From Nymphaea colorata (Eukaryota), in contig NC_045138.2 of the NCBI RefSeq assembly GCF_008831285.2, forward strand, positions 34,782,001 through 34,846,000: 64,000 bases of DNA, read 5' to 3'. Made by a program: the position numbers and the translations under genes. The notes below the pieces were generated by a model. The model saw only the letters and a program-made list of their open reading frames with translations. It was not told the DNA's origin and searched no databases. Shown here piece after piece: positions 13,871 to 33,200 of this stretch (positions within the stretch are counted from its first letter, which is position 1; the number at the start of each line of letters is the position of its first letter).

Positions 13871-16800
13871 TCTCTTGTGGCAAACCAAATCATAACATTC
13901 TATGTTTTTATATAAATCATATTTTCCAAAACATTTTCAAAAGAAATCTCTCTAATGCGGCTTTGGAGACTTAGCTTAGGCTCTTGCATGAGTCCAAGTT
14001 CCCTTCCGGCCTATATCAAAATTTGAAGTCGGATATTTTCAAATTATTCCTTGATTTTCATATTCATGAAAACGTATGCGTATATACATGTTATATACGT
14101 ATGCATGCACATGAATATCTTTCTTTGTTGTTTCTCTTTCTATGATTTAACATACTTTTATAAACTCTCGTATACGTATATATATATATATATATATTCC
14201 ATTTTAAAATCTCTCTTTCTCTTTCTAAAATGATCTTCTCTTCTTTACTTGATATAAACATTATTTTCATAAGCTTTAATATATGTATACAAATACATAT
14301 CTTTCTTTTTCAAAACATGTGATTTTATTATTTTCAAGATGTTTTTCTTTATCTATAACTATCTTTGGATGTAGTCATTCATCTTTTTCATTTTTCCAAT
14401 ATCTTACCATTTAATATTTTAATTTTTTATTTACCGACTTCATTAAGACCACAACTTAAGTAATGACCCAATATTGAATTCATGCTTGATGGTCAACAAT
14501 CCCAATCTATTTTCAAAAACTTTTCTTTCTTATATGTGATAACTATAAAAACAAAAATCTAGATGTATGTTATGATAGGAATGCCTTAAAAAAAAATCGA
14601 TACTCTTTTAGAAATATGGTGAAAAAAGTGGACTAATTTTGTAATTTTCAAAATTTTTGTATAAATACCCCTTTGAACCAAGTTTTTCTCATTTTTTCTG
14701 TTTCATTTTCTCTCATCTCAAGAGCTTCACTCTCCTAAGGTTCGATCACCGCGCCTTCTTTCAATTTTTTTCGGTTTCTTTCTCATTTGTATATAAGGGA
14801 CTTCTTGTCTCCAAATTTTGTTATATATTCCCCATTTTATCAGCTCTCCTCTCAAGAGCTTCTCTCTCTTAAGGTTCGATCACCGCCCCTTGGAGACCTC
14901 TACTCGATTTCCTCCACCGCCACCATGAGGAAGACGTCCTTCTCTGCCTCTACCATGCAGAAGACGGCCAAAACAACAGCTGACTTGGAGCAAGCAGTCT
15001 GAAGCGCTTTTCCCCAGATTGGGGTTTTTGTTCGCTGCGAGGACGATGAGAGGAAAGGCGAGCATCAATGCCTACTAAAGCCTCCCAACGAAAGAAGGCA
15101 AGGAAGACAACCGACTGATCACCAGAGCCTGTCACACACTGTGTTTGGTCTGGGTCATTGCCGAAAAAGAAGACAGTGGTGTAATCTCCGACTGCCGTTC
15201 TCAGAGGACCTGACTACCTTGGGGTCTCTGTCGTTGTCTACCCTTTTTTCCTGGACTGCAATTCTGCTACCATCACAAAGGAGACGACCTGGTTCCAGTC
15301 AGGCAAGCATCTGCTACTAGTCAGCAGAAGAGACGAAAGCAGAGGGTTCGTGTGTTTAAAAGAATCGTTTGTTTCTCTGGTTGCGACAGACGAAAGGTAC
15401 TTGGTTCTCTCTTTCCCTTCATATGTTTTATGTTGAGCAGGGCCGGCTCTGCTTCTGTTGCATGAGGCACTGAACTGCCGTTGTTTCCTTAAGGCTCAAG
15501 GATACTAAGATTTAGTTATTAAGCATAGTTGGATGATAAAACTTTTTTTGTTGAGTTTGTACGTGGACAACGTGTTGTGCATACAGTGTTTCTAGATAAA
15601 AGTTGAACAGGACCACGTGAATTCAGTTTCAATGAAGTTGATGATGAAAGAAAAGAATGATTTTGATCAGAAATTCGTCCCTCAAGAATACAATGAATCG
15701 ACATGTGTTTCTGTTGTTGCAGTAAAGGTGTTCCTCCGCAATATGAAATCAGCGTCACTCAAGAAGACGAAACGGAAGAAGAAGAAGAGAGAGAGAGAGA
15801 GAGTTCCCTTCTTTCTTCCGTTCCTTCTTGACGTGGGGCCTTTCTTTCGTTTCTTCTTCAACAAGACATGGGTCCTCACGAAGGGGTATTGTGGGCATGC
15901 TGCTTTTCCTTTCATTTTCATTATGTTCTATTTGGAAGGGATTTGATTTACACTACACAATCTATCCATTTTCTTTCTATTCATTTCCCTCTCTTTCAAT
16001 CCAAACATACTTTCCATCTTTCCTTCCATTTTCCTCCTTCCTAATTAGCCAACCAAACACAAGAGATCCATTCATTTCCCTCCTTTTCCTTCCAAACAAG
16101 GCGAACTGCGAACGGCCCCCTTGCAGAAGGCTCAAGGCTACTATCCAACACTCACGGCAGCCGGGTCCTTGCCCTCCTCCTTTCCAATCTGGCACAACTC
16201 CATTCGACACCGTGTTTAGACCGCCGTCCGGTAGAGGTGTGAGCAGAGGCATCTGCCATCGTGGGCAGGCCAAAGCCATCCTTGCCGGCATCCACTGCCG
16301 TGGTAGCTTCTTCCTGAAAGAGAGGAGCGGACGTTCACAGAAAGCTGCTTCGTTCTCGCCCTCCTCCTTTCCAACCAGGCACAGCTCCATCTGAAGCCTT
16401 TTTGCACTTCAAGGCTCAAACAGACATTGGCCATCCTTGCCCAAGCCCTTCGGCAAGCCTCATCTTTGCCATCATCCTCGAACCAAACCCCCACGTAAAT
16501 GTGCCAGAGTTCATGGCCCATGTTTGGTCCGGGTATGAATATTAACCATGCCTGCTGCACTTGGATCCAACAAAATTCATTGAGATCTGGACCGTGGTTT
16601 CATGGTTTGGATCCATATACCTTGACGGTGAAGAATGAGTAATCCATTGAGGTGTGGACCTTCACTCGGATCTATCCACCTTGAAGTGATGCCTTCACGC
16701 GGATCATTGAGCCATAGAGGTATATTTGAATTAGAAGTAAATGCAACTAGCAGTTACCAACCAAGCAAGAGGTTGAAACTATAATCTGGCATGAAAGCCC

Positions 16801-17647
16801 CACATTGACACGAGCGCGGGTCTGTGAAGACACAAATTGCTCTTAGATTTAACGTCTTATGGTTGGGGTAGAAGATGTTTAAGTGATATAATTTACTGAA
16901 TTTTAAAAATTTAAGTAAGCTATAATCTTTGTTGATATGGATTTGGTGTTAAGTAAGCTATTGCATCCTTAACTGACGGCCTTTAGCCTTAGCAAATAGC
17001 AACGTTACCAGCCTATATATATTTATCGTGAGGCTGAAACTATAATCTTTGTTGATTTCTTAAGTTTGGTCACATGAATGGAGAAAATGTGTTGCGTTGA
17101 AGTATCGTCTTCTCCTAGTATGGCTTAAAAAAAAAAGAAAAAAAAAAACCATTTTTACGGGTGTTTATGAAGCAATTTTTAAATTTAAGCTGGCGGATGC
17201 AAAACTTTGAAACGCGAAGCTGCTTTTGTTATAATGGTATTCACAAGATGGAAGGACATCTTATACCTCCCGAAATTGATGGTGGGCTACCAAGGCACTT
17301 GCAAATAGAGGGACGGGGCGGCTATATAACACATAAAACCTTACCTTCAAATGTGATGCGTTAAAGTATCATCTTCTGATAGTGCGACTAAAAAGATAAA
17401 CCATTTTAGTGGGTGTTTGTGAAGCAGTTTGTTAATTTAAGCAGATGCAAAATTTTGAAAGGGAAGGCCGTTACATACTGGATATGCACATATGACATTA
17501 TTAGCTATTTTTAGCCCTTATTAACAGCTAATGAACACAGGGTTTTGCCTTCCACAATCAAAAGAAAAAAGAAGCAATATGGGTTACATACATAGAGAGG
17601 AAACTAAAACCTGATGACGACAAGTAACAACACGCAGGAAAGAGCCA

Positions 17648-22073
<4,426 letters not shown>

Positions 22074-22465
22074 GCAGCAACCGATGGTATTCTCAAGCAC
22101 CCCGAGGATCAATATCTTTATAGGCACAGCCGCACAAGAGAGTCTGTGGGCGGGCGGCCTTTGAGTTGGTGCTCTCTCTCACTTTCCTTGTCGGGAGTTG
22201 GGTGGGGGATCGCACCAGAAGAAAAGCCAAACTGCACTTGTGCCTTTCATTGGGGTGGAATCTTTCCAGAGAATCTCAATTTCTTTATTCTTTTCTCTTA
22301 GACGATTGATTTCCATGCCAGTTGGCACCAAATAATTAGAAAGTGGAGCACATATTACCAGACCATGGTTGTCCAGATAATTAAGTAAAAATCTAATTTG
22401 CTCGTTTTTTTTTTGTACACTTCATTTCCACGCTGACTGTTTCAACATCCAAAGGATACTTGGGA

Positions 22466-23410
22466 ACGAGCATCTTCAGCAGCGGCATCTCCTGTTTCGT
22501 TGTTTAATTTTAGAAGCCAAAGGCGAACTTAATTTGTTATTAATTAATGCATGAAATTCTCCAGATCTTAAAACTTTAAATAAACAAAGTAAGAAAGGCC
22601 TCGGTCATGACTCTCTCTATCTCTAACTCACTATCTCTCAACTAATTATAGGACGCACTTGAGCTCAGTCTCACTCTTGGAGGTGCAACTAGTCCGACCT
22701 TTTCCTTGGGCAATGAAGGACGACCCAAAACCTTTTCTAGGTTCGGCTTGATAACCAAATTTAAGTCCAGTTTAGCTGCAGTGGTGGGTTAGGTTTGACA
22801 ACAAAAATTCCGATCCAGCTTAGTTCCGTTGTTGGCTGCAGCTAAAGACACGTGTCCGGGAAGACAACTGGTACAAGTAATGAACTGTGATTGAGGGTGG
22901 TTGGGGTTCGTGCACGGGAATTAGGTGGTCAATTTCGAACCGATATACATCGAAATGGGATTTGGGAAGGAAATCAATGAAGCCTTAATTTGGCATTTGT
23001 GTGCAAAATTGCATTGCGCCATGCTCACACGGAAGAAGTGGAGACAAGACACGACAGCATATAATTTTTTGCAGAAGGAAAGGTGGGCCGGGCGCATCGA
23101 ATTAGATCACCAGAAGGCAGATGGAACAAGTGCTTAAGCTTACGTCCATGATGAGAAAGGAATAAGTGCTTCTCCACCTTACGTCTATAGTGAGAAAACA
23201 CCAGAACCGCGCTGGTTAATTTGGGTTAGGACAGGGTCCAGAAATGACAGGTGAATAAAAGGAGGACCTTTGTACAAAATGAATCACATTGCTATATGGC
23301 ACCCGCACCGTACACTCTTCGGCATAACCTACAGTGCGGAGCATATCGACCAACAAAAAAACTCCGAACATTACGTCAGGCGGCCGCAGGACAACTCCCT
23401 ACCCCTCCCC
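22466..23410 (-). repeat. Diverged direct copy of part of P450 intron 1 plus the start of exon 2 (source ~19156-20150)
   Basis: Collinear similarity from acgagc(g/a)tcttcagcagcggcatc through tagaagccaaaggcgaacttaatt, acccaaaaccttttctaggttcggc and tatacatcgaaatgggatttgg to cattacgtcag(g)cggccgcagga. Confidence 0.9.
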
Positions 23411-24250
23411 TCCCCCTCTGTTTTAGGAAAAAGACCTAGCCAACGTCTTTTTTTTTTTTTCCTTTCCCCTTCCTTTTTCTTTAGTTCATGTTTTTGTTCA
23501 TGGTCTTATTCACGTGAAACACGCCGGACATGTTTTTGCATCTCCCCAAATATAGATCTTTCACGTTATCAACCCGAGGAACAGGAACAACGCCTACAAG
23601 CGCGGCAAACCCACGTTAGGACATTCGCTCATAACTAAAAGTGGGAAAAGCGTCAATGCATACGTTGTAGTCCATCAACAGCAATGGATAAAATCAGTAG
23701 AATAAATGAAACTATTGATTTTGTTCATTCTTTTCAATGTTATCTAGGTTCCCATCCATCAACACATCTAAGATCCACCCTGCAAAGCTCAATTACAAGA
23801 GTACTTCTCACCACCAACACTGCACCGAACAAATAACAAGAAAATAGGAGAACCATAAAGCATCTAAGAATACAAAAAGGGCTTTGGCAGAAACAACTAT
23901 TTCTGCAAACACTTGAAAGTTACAGGCAACATCTAGTCTGGAAGCACAACACCCGCAGCCAGTTCGAGCATAAACGCCAACTGGACTTTGGTAAACACCA
24001 CTCAAAATGTTACCAGCGTAACCAGAGAGCCATCGCTACCTCAACTAACACCACCATCACCACCATCCTGCAAGCATCATCAGTAGTCCACAGACAGCTC
24101 TTGTCCAGGAGCATATCAACATTACACTCAAAAAAGCATTTGCTTGATACGGTTTAGGACTGGTCATCGAATCAAACCTGGCAATTATCAACAAGGCTTC
24201 TTGGAATAAATGGTGAAAGAACACTAATTGGCTGAGCATCAGTCCAACAG

Positions 24251-27200
24251 CTATGAATCCACCATCTCATCTTGGAGCTCACTAGGGGCAATGAGACCTG
24301 GAATTGAAAGCATCCGTTGCCGGTCCCTCTCTCTCTGAGCAGCTGCTTCTTCAGCATAGAGGTCCTTGTTATCCTGAAAGTTGAGTAAATAAAAAATAGA
24401 AGGCGACATCACAGGCATTTTTATTTCTCAGCTCTATTTTTGAATAAAATATATTTTTCCATGCTGCGTATCATTGCAACCACCTGTGTAGTTGAAGAAA
24501 TAAAGTTGGCTAATGGTCATACCTGAGCAGAAAATTCTTTGGATTGAACAAGGAAATCACGAATATGGTTTTTGAAGGTTGGAAGGTCATTCCTCGATTC
24601 AAAAAGTCCATCAACAAAGCGCGTTATCTAAGAAGAAAATAATAACCTTAATTGTTGGCATAACATGCAAATTCAGTATGTTGAAAGACAATTTGAAGCT
24701 TCCAAACCTCTACTGTTGTCATGTTTGGGAAAGATGTCCCAAGCAGTTTTATGGTGTAGTCACGGACAAAAAATGTATTGTTTGGATAAGTATAAGGAAC
24801 AGCAGTTACATCCCACAGTGGCTCTGTCAATGAACCGGAATCAACCTGCAAGCTCATAATGGTAAATAAGTTGCATCTTACAAGGAATTAAGAAATAGAG
24901 ATGGAAAAGGGCACACCAGTGAGAACAAATGCTGCAAAACCAAAACATGCAGCTTGAAACCAGGCTTGTGAAATGTATCAGTCAGGACAGCAAATATCTC
25001 TTGCACAATTGTCAGAAAATAGGCTTTGTGAAACTGATTGCAGAACTCCGAGGACTGCAGAAAAGTTGGAAAAAGAAAATAATGCGTAGAAAAATGTCAT
25101 TAAGAATGCCAGGACATGGACGTTTAAATTCATGAAAAACCAAACCTGAAAGTTTTTCAGCATTTCCAATAACAGGTTGAGACCAGTCTCAGCAATATTT
25201 CTTTCAGTATGCCGAAATGCCCAGTTTATTGAATCCATTACAAGCTTCAATTGCTGCAAGCATAAAATTTTATTAGTAAAAAAATGTCAACACCAAATAC
25301 ATGGAGACAAGTACCAGAAAAGAACAGAGAGGAGATAAGCAAGACCCTAAGATTCTGAAGATTCATGGAAAACATATAAGATGCAAAATGAAGGAAACAG
25401 AGAAAATGATCCATTAAGTGCTGGTGTCCCAGGTCCACACAACATGAGAAAGACCTGCCAGACCAAATCCTTCAGTATCAAATAATCAAAGAGTAAAAGG
25501 CTAAAGAAGGCCTAATCAACCCACAGGCCAGACACCCCATCTCAGTATAAGCCCTGTCCCTTCCTCCTTTTGCAAAGTGGAATAAGGGCGCTGTAAGTGA
25601 ACTTATGGAAGGTCACTCACGACAAAGAATGTAAAGTGGAGGCAGCACAAGGATTGGAACTGAAGTTGTGAACTTGTCATTTCAGATCCAGATGACTCAG
25701 AAAGCAAAAAGCAATCTAAACAGGGAAACTCTTTAGGAAGCAATGTAAAGCATGTGTAAGTGCTGATAAAAGTTCATGCAAATAAGCAAGAACTTTAGGA
25801 AATGAATGCCACAGTACATAGACACGGGAGTCTACAAATAGACAATTATTACAGATGGAATGGTATGTAATATGTCACTCAACAAAAATAGTGACATATA
25901 CAATGTACATCTATGTTGTACAATACTATTTAGTATTTAACTACCATAAAAACAGTGTTTTGATAAAGGCATAAAGCAGCACAAGCATCCAACAAAAGAA
26001 AAGCAAAAGTATAAGCCTCTTTCATCCGCCAAAGGGCACATCACAAGGGTAAATTCCCTAAATGGAAACACCCACCAAGCTGTCTCCATTATAATTGCAG
26101 GTCTGAACTTTCATTTGACCCACAACAAACTGAACTTACTAGTTCATTCCAACAGATGGGCAAAAGAAGAAACATATCCAGTGCAAAGAATTGGGCCAAA
26201 ATAGAAAAGGCCATACATGTGCACACACATGTACATATGTCAAAACTGTGAAACACACCTGACTTGATAGGTGAATGAGAGCATTAAAACAATGAGTAGC
26301 AATAGCACGTAACAATGAGAAAAACTTCAGCCTATGCTCGGGATAATCTTCAAAGTTCTTGGTAATCATCTGCAGAATACAAGGGCAATGTAGATAAGAT
26401 TTATAAGACAAGCAACAGGAGAAAATGAAAGATGGACTTGAGGTTACCTCAAGCGTGCACTCAAAAACAGCTTCAAATATGCGAGGAACATCCTCTGTCA
26501 TGACACTTTTGTACCTATAACATGGAAAAGTTCATGAACAAGGAGATGATGATGGTTCAAACTTCAAAGTAAATGCCTGCAAGTATATGAGACAAACAAA
26601 AGTGCTACTGAAGTAAGCAGAAAGTAATCATTGTGGCCAACAACTTGCTCCATGTTAGAAACTTAGAACTGCTAAAAGAAAGAAATCCAAGACAGTATAC
26701 ACAGGAAATGGGAAATACTTGTTTATTATGGTAGCAAAAACTGATAGAACTTCTGCTTCTCGAGCATCTGGCAAATTCCTAGCATAATCACCAAGAACAG
26801 GGTCCATCATTGGTGGCACAAACTGTTTTCCTATCTGAGACTGATCTTCTGCTTTGTCTACAAAAGTTTCAATCAGCTTCAATGTCTCTCTCTTAACTGA
26901 TCTGTTTTAGTAAACATAGATCGTTGGTTAAAACACCACAAAGCAATTTTGAAGAAGAAAATAGAAATTGAAGAAGATTTCTGTTTAAAACTATCCAATT
27001 CGTGTCACCTCAGAAGTTTCACATAGGATGTTCTTGATGCATATGGACCTCCTTCAGCTATGCTGCTTGAGATGAGTTCACTGTACATCCTATTTTGAAG
27101 CATAGAAACATTTAATGACAAAAAATTGCAACATTTTCCTTTATTGCAACTCTAAGGTGTTTGTCAACCACTTTTCCAGTAGCTGTCAACATTTCAGATC

Positions 27201-30200
27201 AACAACACCAGAAAACAAAATACTGAAGAAGTAGAGGAATACCTGTACACATTAAGCATATCCAAAAATATCAATGATATTTGAGATAAAAAATATGTCC
27301 CCAACGAACTAGCAACACTGGTGTTTGTCTGTCAAACAAATCCAAACAACTGAAAGATCAAAACCCCTATAAACAAGTAGAAAGCAAATCACAGGGATAA
27401 AAACCACCTCTCTTGATAGTCAAGCAAGAAAACAAAATTTGGACTAAGCATTTTTTGCAGATGATTATCCTCAAAGCAAGAGCCGAAGAATTATCAACTT
27501 TTGCAATAGATGAAATTCCATCGACTGTATAGATGCATGGAAATATGAAGCAAACGGTTTTAGTTCTGATTATTGGAAACACACTTCATCAAAAATCAAT
27601 TACGAATAGATAAGATTGATAATAGTATTCTGAACACCTTTTTAGCACGGCCACAGTCCAGAAATTTTACTCCCAACATTCAAGCATAACTTCATCACTT
27701 CTATACCAAGATTCTCCAAAGTATTATAGCATATAATGCTTGGTTGTACATTCTATACTAGTATAACCTGAATAGTCCATACTATCAAATGGCAGAAGGA
27801 AGTCCCATTTCCACTAAAAGATTTCCAACGTTTGCCTTAGGTTCTCCTACAAAATAGTTATTTGTTTTTTAGAAAAATGACAATAACTATTCAAAAAATC
27901 TCATTTTTTGAGACTTATAAACAGGCACCGTTGACAGTAACCACTGAACCAAGTGAAGGTGTCACAAACTCTACAATAAGGTCCACAATGAATTGAACCC
28001 TTTTGTTGCCTAATCTCAAGTGATTCCAATACACAACACAATCATCTAATCCCTTCACATTGCCTGCTCCCAAGCGATATCCCAATCAGCAAAAAACAAC
28101 CATAGAGCACCAGCCCCAGTAAGGCTATTTTGATGTGTATGACAATCCTGAAAAAAAATCAGTAGCTCAAGGGGGCCATTCAGAGGACATCTTTCAAGCA
28201 TTACATTATTCAGATGCAAGAAAAAGTTCCATGAATTTCACCAGCTTAATGTTGGTAAGAGGAACTTTCCTCATCTAGCCACAACTCAAAAAATGCAAAT
28301 GATTACTGCGGATTACTGGATACTGGTGCTAGTAATCTCCAACGTGCTTGTATCTCCTTCCAGTTATTCATCAAGCAATAATAAAGATCACAACTTCTAA
28401 ATACACAATAACACAAATTTGGACAGCCATATGCACAATTCACATGAGTTTCCATATATAACAAAAAGACTTATTTAGCTAAATGTGCTTCACACCATAG
28501 ATAGTCGTGGGGACATGAAATCACCTGCAGTATGTCAAGTACGGTTCTAATAACAGTCTGATCTTTCAAAAAATCAACACTTTGGCGTGCTTGGCCAATT
28601 ATCTCTGCCCACCGCTGTGACATAATCAACCAACCAGTTATGGAATCCAAGTAAGAAAAAAGGATTGCCATGGACCATTAAACCTCGGGCAAATATGAAT
28701 GCAGCACAACTTGGAAGAACATCTGGCTGAAAAACTAAAGCAATTTGACAGCACCTGGTTAGGGAACTGCATTAACCTCTGCAGATATTCATCTCTCTTC
28801 TGAGGATCAGATTCTGCTTGAATCATATGACCAACCTGTTAAGTGCAAAGCATTATCTGACTTATTCTTACACTACTATGAAAAATAATTTAGATAAGTG
28901 TTTCTTAATATACCGACTCATAGAATGTATGAATTTGGTGGGGCTCAAGATCCATAATAGTAGTTGAAAGACCTGTTAAAAGCTCAGATACAAATGGCTC
29001 ACTTTCTCCAACCTGGAACAGCAGGATAAGAAGGCATTTTTCAAAACATCAAACTCTTAAATAGTCAGCTAAGTTGTTGCAATATGATTATCATGTCAAA
29101 ATATAAAGTACTGAAAAAAAAAAAAAACAGTTTTATTTGGTGGCATGTACAGCCAAGGTCATCCACGTGTGGAACACCATGTGTCTGGGGATTTGTTTAC
29201 AAAAGTATTTTATGTAACACCACACTGTACTCCTAATTTCACTATATGGTTTATTACATGTAGAAATACACATGATGATCTATGTAACCGTGGCAGTAAC
29301 AAAGAATGGTTTTAACCATAGGAGAATCAAAGAAGTAATACCATCTAGCAGAACAATCTAACCATCTGCTGAGAAGAGCTTCATATTCTGCCTAATAACA
29401 TAACAAAGACCAACCCTATTCCAATGAATAAATCAAGGCATTCTTCTTACCTGCACAATCACAAACTTCCTCTTGCACTTCTGAACAATCTTCAAGAATG
29501 TATCACATGCCATATCCTGAACAGTTTAAAGATTGAATTGCCATCATAAGCACGCAAGAACATAGCAGAGACAACCTTTTAATGACAGATATGGACCTCC
29601 TTTGCCATGACATGAACCAGCAACAAGAACATGCAAACAAGGTACTCGAGAGTTTAATGTGTTTAAAGCAATGAAACCAAAAGCAATCCATTCTAAAAAT
29701 AACCTAAATTCATGAAACCAAAGGCAGCCATATGGCCTACTATACTGGGAAACCTAGAAAGCAGAACCTTCAGAATAAACCTCCCACTCATGTGTAAAAG
29801 CAGAACATTCAGAATAAACCTCCCACTCATATGATACACAGAGTGGATCAATTAAATAGAGTGACATGATATGACAATTATTTCTTATTGACACAAGTAA
29901 TGAGATCACAGGTTTAACACACACCTATAGAACACAACCAGATCTAGCCCAACAAATCCAAATTCTTTCTGGATCGTGCAGTGTAGTCAAACACACATTA
30001 ATCAGAAAAATAAAATAAATGCACATTCTAGCATTAAAAAAAAGGAGAAAGTAGAGAAGCTAGCTAAAATACACACACAATCAAGTCAGTCAAGTAGACA
30101 AAACTCAATTAAACAAGATAGTTAAAAATACGACTTTACAAGTAAGCTACCAATATTTTATTTGTTCAAATGTATAGCAATATGCAAACACAACAAGAAA

Positions 30201-33200
30201 TAGTGAGACAGGAATAGAAAATTCTTTTCCCTTCTGCTAAAATGGCACTTAAAATTCTATCGGGACAAAATGTTTATGAGGTTCCAATATGAGAGAGTAT
30301 TCATTTAAAATGTTAATGTAATCACTATTGTGCTAGGATACTGATATCTTATGAACTTATCATCATCATTATCTTAGATAAAAAGGTTTTTCCTCAGCTT
30401 TTAGAAGCGGGGTCACCTTCCTGAGCCCCTCATGTGGCAAGACTAATTCAGGATGTTGGCTATAATGATGGAGCTTCAATCACTGGTATCCCACTGTGTA
30501 GCTGTTATATTTCAATGTCAACATGATCCCAGCAGAAATTCTCTATTTTTTTTTCTTTCCATTTTTGGGAGTTGAGTTTTGGGGTGGGGATGGAGAGGAG
30601 AGGGAAAGAAAAATAAAACAAAGCGAACCTGAACTCCAGGATGCGTTTCATGCATAAACTCAAACAACTTATTCACAACAGTCTTCAGAAATTTCCAGTG
30701 AGCCCTCAAGAATCGTGGGTATTGACCAACCACGTACCTGCAAAAGGAGAATAAGAATGACCATGCAAGTGTATTTCAAAGGTACACAAAAGACAGAACA
30801 GACAGGCATAAGAGACATGAACTTGTATAGAAGAATAAAACAATGAAAAGATGAAGATACCAAAGAGACTCACATGATGTTGCTTGCTATCACAGCCTTG
30901 TTATCCTTCCCTTTTGTAAGCTCACACAGGTTCAGTAAATCGCGAATGACCATAACCAGAAATCTGTTTTCCTGCATAAGATTGAAATAACATCACTAAC
31001 AGCAAGAGGTGGTCATGACCCTTTTTAGACAAAGGAAATAAGAGCAAGAGTAAGATCAGGATCAAAAGAGTGCAAAATACTAAGTAAAATGGAGCAATTG
31101 AACAGAATAAAGTTAAAATTGCTGTCTAGCCACCAGCAATGGTATCTAGACTCTTTTTGCTTTAAGCAAAGCACACATCATCTAATAAGTTCCCATCATA
31201 TATTCCCAACTATCCAATATGCTTATCCGCCTGAAACAGAATTGACAAAATAACTAGAAAAAAAGGTGAAAATACCAAAGGAGCAGGAAGACAGGCATGA
31301 GTCCCATAGGATCCATTTTCCATAGACCTCACATGAAACACGGTGTTTCTGACGATTTAAAACAATTAGAAGTGTATATCATGAATTACTAAGTAAGCAG
31401 ATAACACAAATCCTACGTAACATGAACACCTCAAAGTGGGCAGCACACCCCTCTCGACACGACCGAACACGGGTGCAGACACGGATGCGGTTCTGGACAA
31501 AAGGCACCCAATGCGGAATCTATCCATTTCTAGACTTGGAGTCCACCTCCATCCAAGGGTTTTTTTTCACATTCACTATGCATATACGCACAAAAAGGGA
31601 TTCTTTCGACTTTGGTAATCTCCGTTTCTCTTAGTTCCTCCATCCTGATTTATTTTTCTTTTTCCGGGCACGCAATAATATGGCTGTCGTCAATCTGAAC
31701 TTTTTAATATGCACACACAACCAAATTATGCCCTGATCTGTTTATTATTTCTTATAGATAATAATAATCTGTTTTATTGAATAACATGTTTTAATTGTTC
31801 TATCTGCTTTAATCAAACTGATATGTCTTACGAGCTGTTCCCCATTTCTAATTTTAATCCGCTTGCTGTAAGCCCGACAACCTGTTTTAGCAGACAATAT
31901 TATATGTTTTCAACTTCTAGTTTATTATATAATCTGTTTTATTGTATTATCGGTTTTGCTTCTATTATATATTCCGCTTTATCTTTTTTTCCTTGCCAAA
32001 TTAGGCATTTTTATGCCTATTCACTTTTTGATGAGGTGAAAAACCAATGGCTCTAAATGCACTGAAATTGAATGAGTTCAACTTCAAGAATGTAGTTTCA
32101 CAAGAAAATAATAAGAGATACATATAATAGACCTGATCAAACAAAAAACACCTACCATTAGATTTTTTCCCAAGAACCTAATATGCACAAAAATAATCAC
32201 ATCTACATATAATAGACCCATTGTCACCAAAACACCTTCCTCCCTAAACCCCTTTTCAGAGGGATGTGCATAAGGTACACACACACATGCATCCCTGTGC
32301 ACAAGCACAAGAAACTATCCAGTTTTTCTATTAGCATAAAAATTCCCTTAACCACTTAGTGCACTCTGCTTGTATAAAATTTCTTCAGTAGAGCAATCAT
32401 GACTCACGAGTACAGGACATCATTTGATCTCAACATCCACATATACCAGAATTGCAAAAATACCTGGTCCTCCATCATAGACCCAGATATTGACCCAATG
32501 GCCCAACAGAGGGTATTTAAGTTATTCCAAGTCCATTCTTCTCCATTCAATTGTTTGGTTAGCTTCTTCAACATCTGCATTTTAAAAGAAGATGCAAAGA
32601 TAAAAAATAGGTGGATTTTTAACCAACTAGTAATCAATCTGAAATCATGAACGCATAATCTACAAGAATGTGTGAACCAGAAACATGATAAAAGTCTACC
32701 TTGTGGAACATGGAAATGCCAATGTTACTATAAAGAACATATAAAAGTTGAAGTGATGATAGTTGAATTCTGCCATACATACGGGTTCCAGTGGCAGGTG
32801 GGACTCCAAAAAGCCACTGCAAATCTTTTGAGGTATATGGCATCATTTTGCTGATTATTTGAAGTCATGTAATTATTTTGTTATTTGGAAATGCGAAGAT
32901 TGTATATTTACACCTCATAAAAAGATAAAATCCTTTTCCTATTCAATGAAATAAAGTTGTTGAAGAACCAAACATTGGTTCACATAGCATGATGTCTGCT
33001 AAATATTGTGTGCCATAATCAAAAGGTTATGTTACATATTCAAGAACCAAATAAAGGTTAACAGGATAAATCCAGGTTCATGATTCATTTGAGAAATAGA
33101 ATTATAAGACCAAATAACAGAATAAATCCAGATTCATGATTCATTTGAGAAATAGAATTATAAGACCAAATAGCCTGACAGCAGAAAATAACATGCATTA

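Noticed and set aside
15828..16560. Overlapping 114-188 aa ORFs
   Set aside because: No recognisable family; ORFs on both strands are expected in GC-richer repeat-like DNA.
33050..33172. Short two-copy tandem repeats (also ~8462-8513 and ~29760-29832)
   Set aside because: Ordinary slippage duplications with no further structure.
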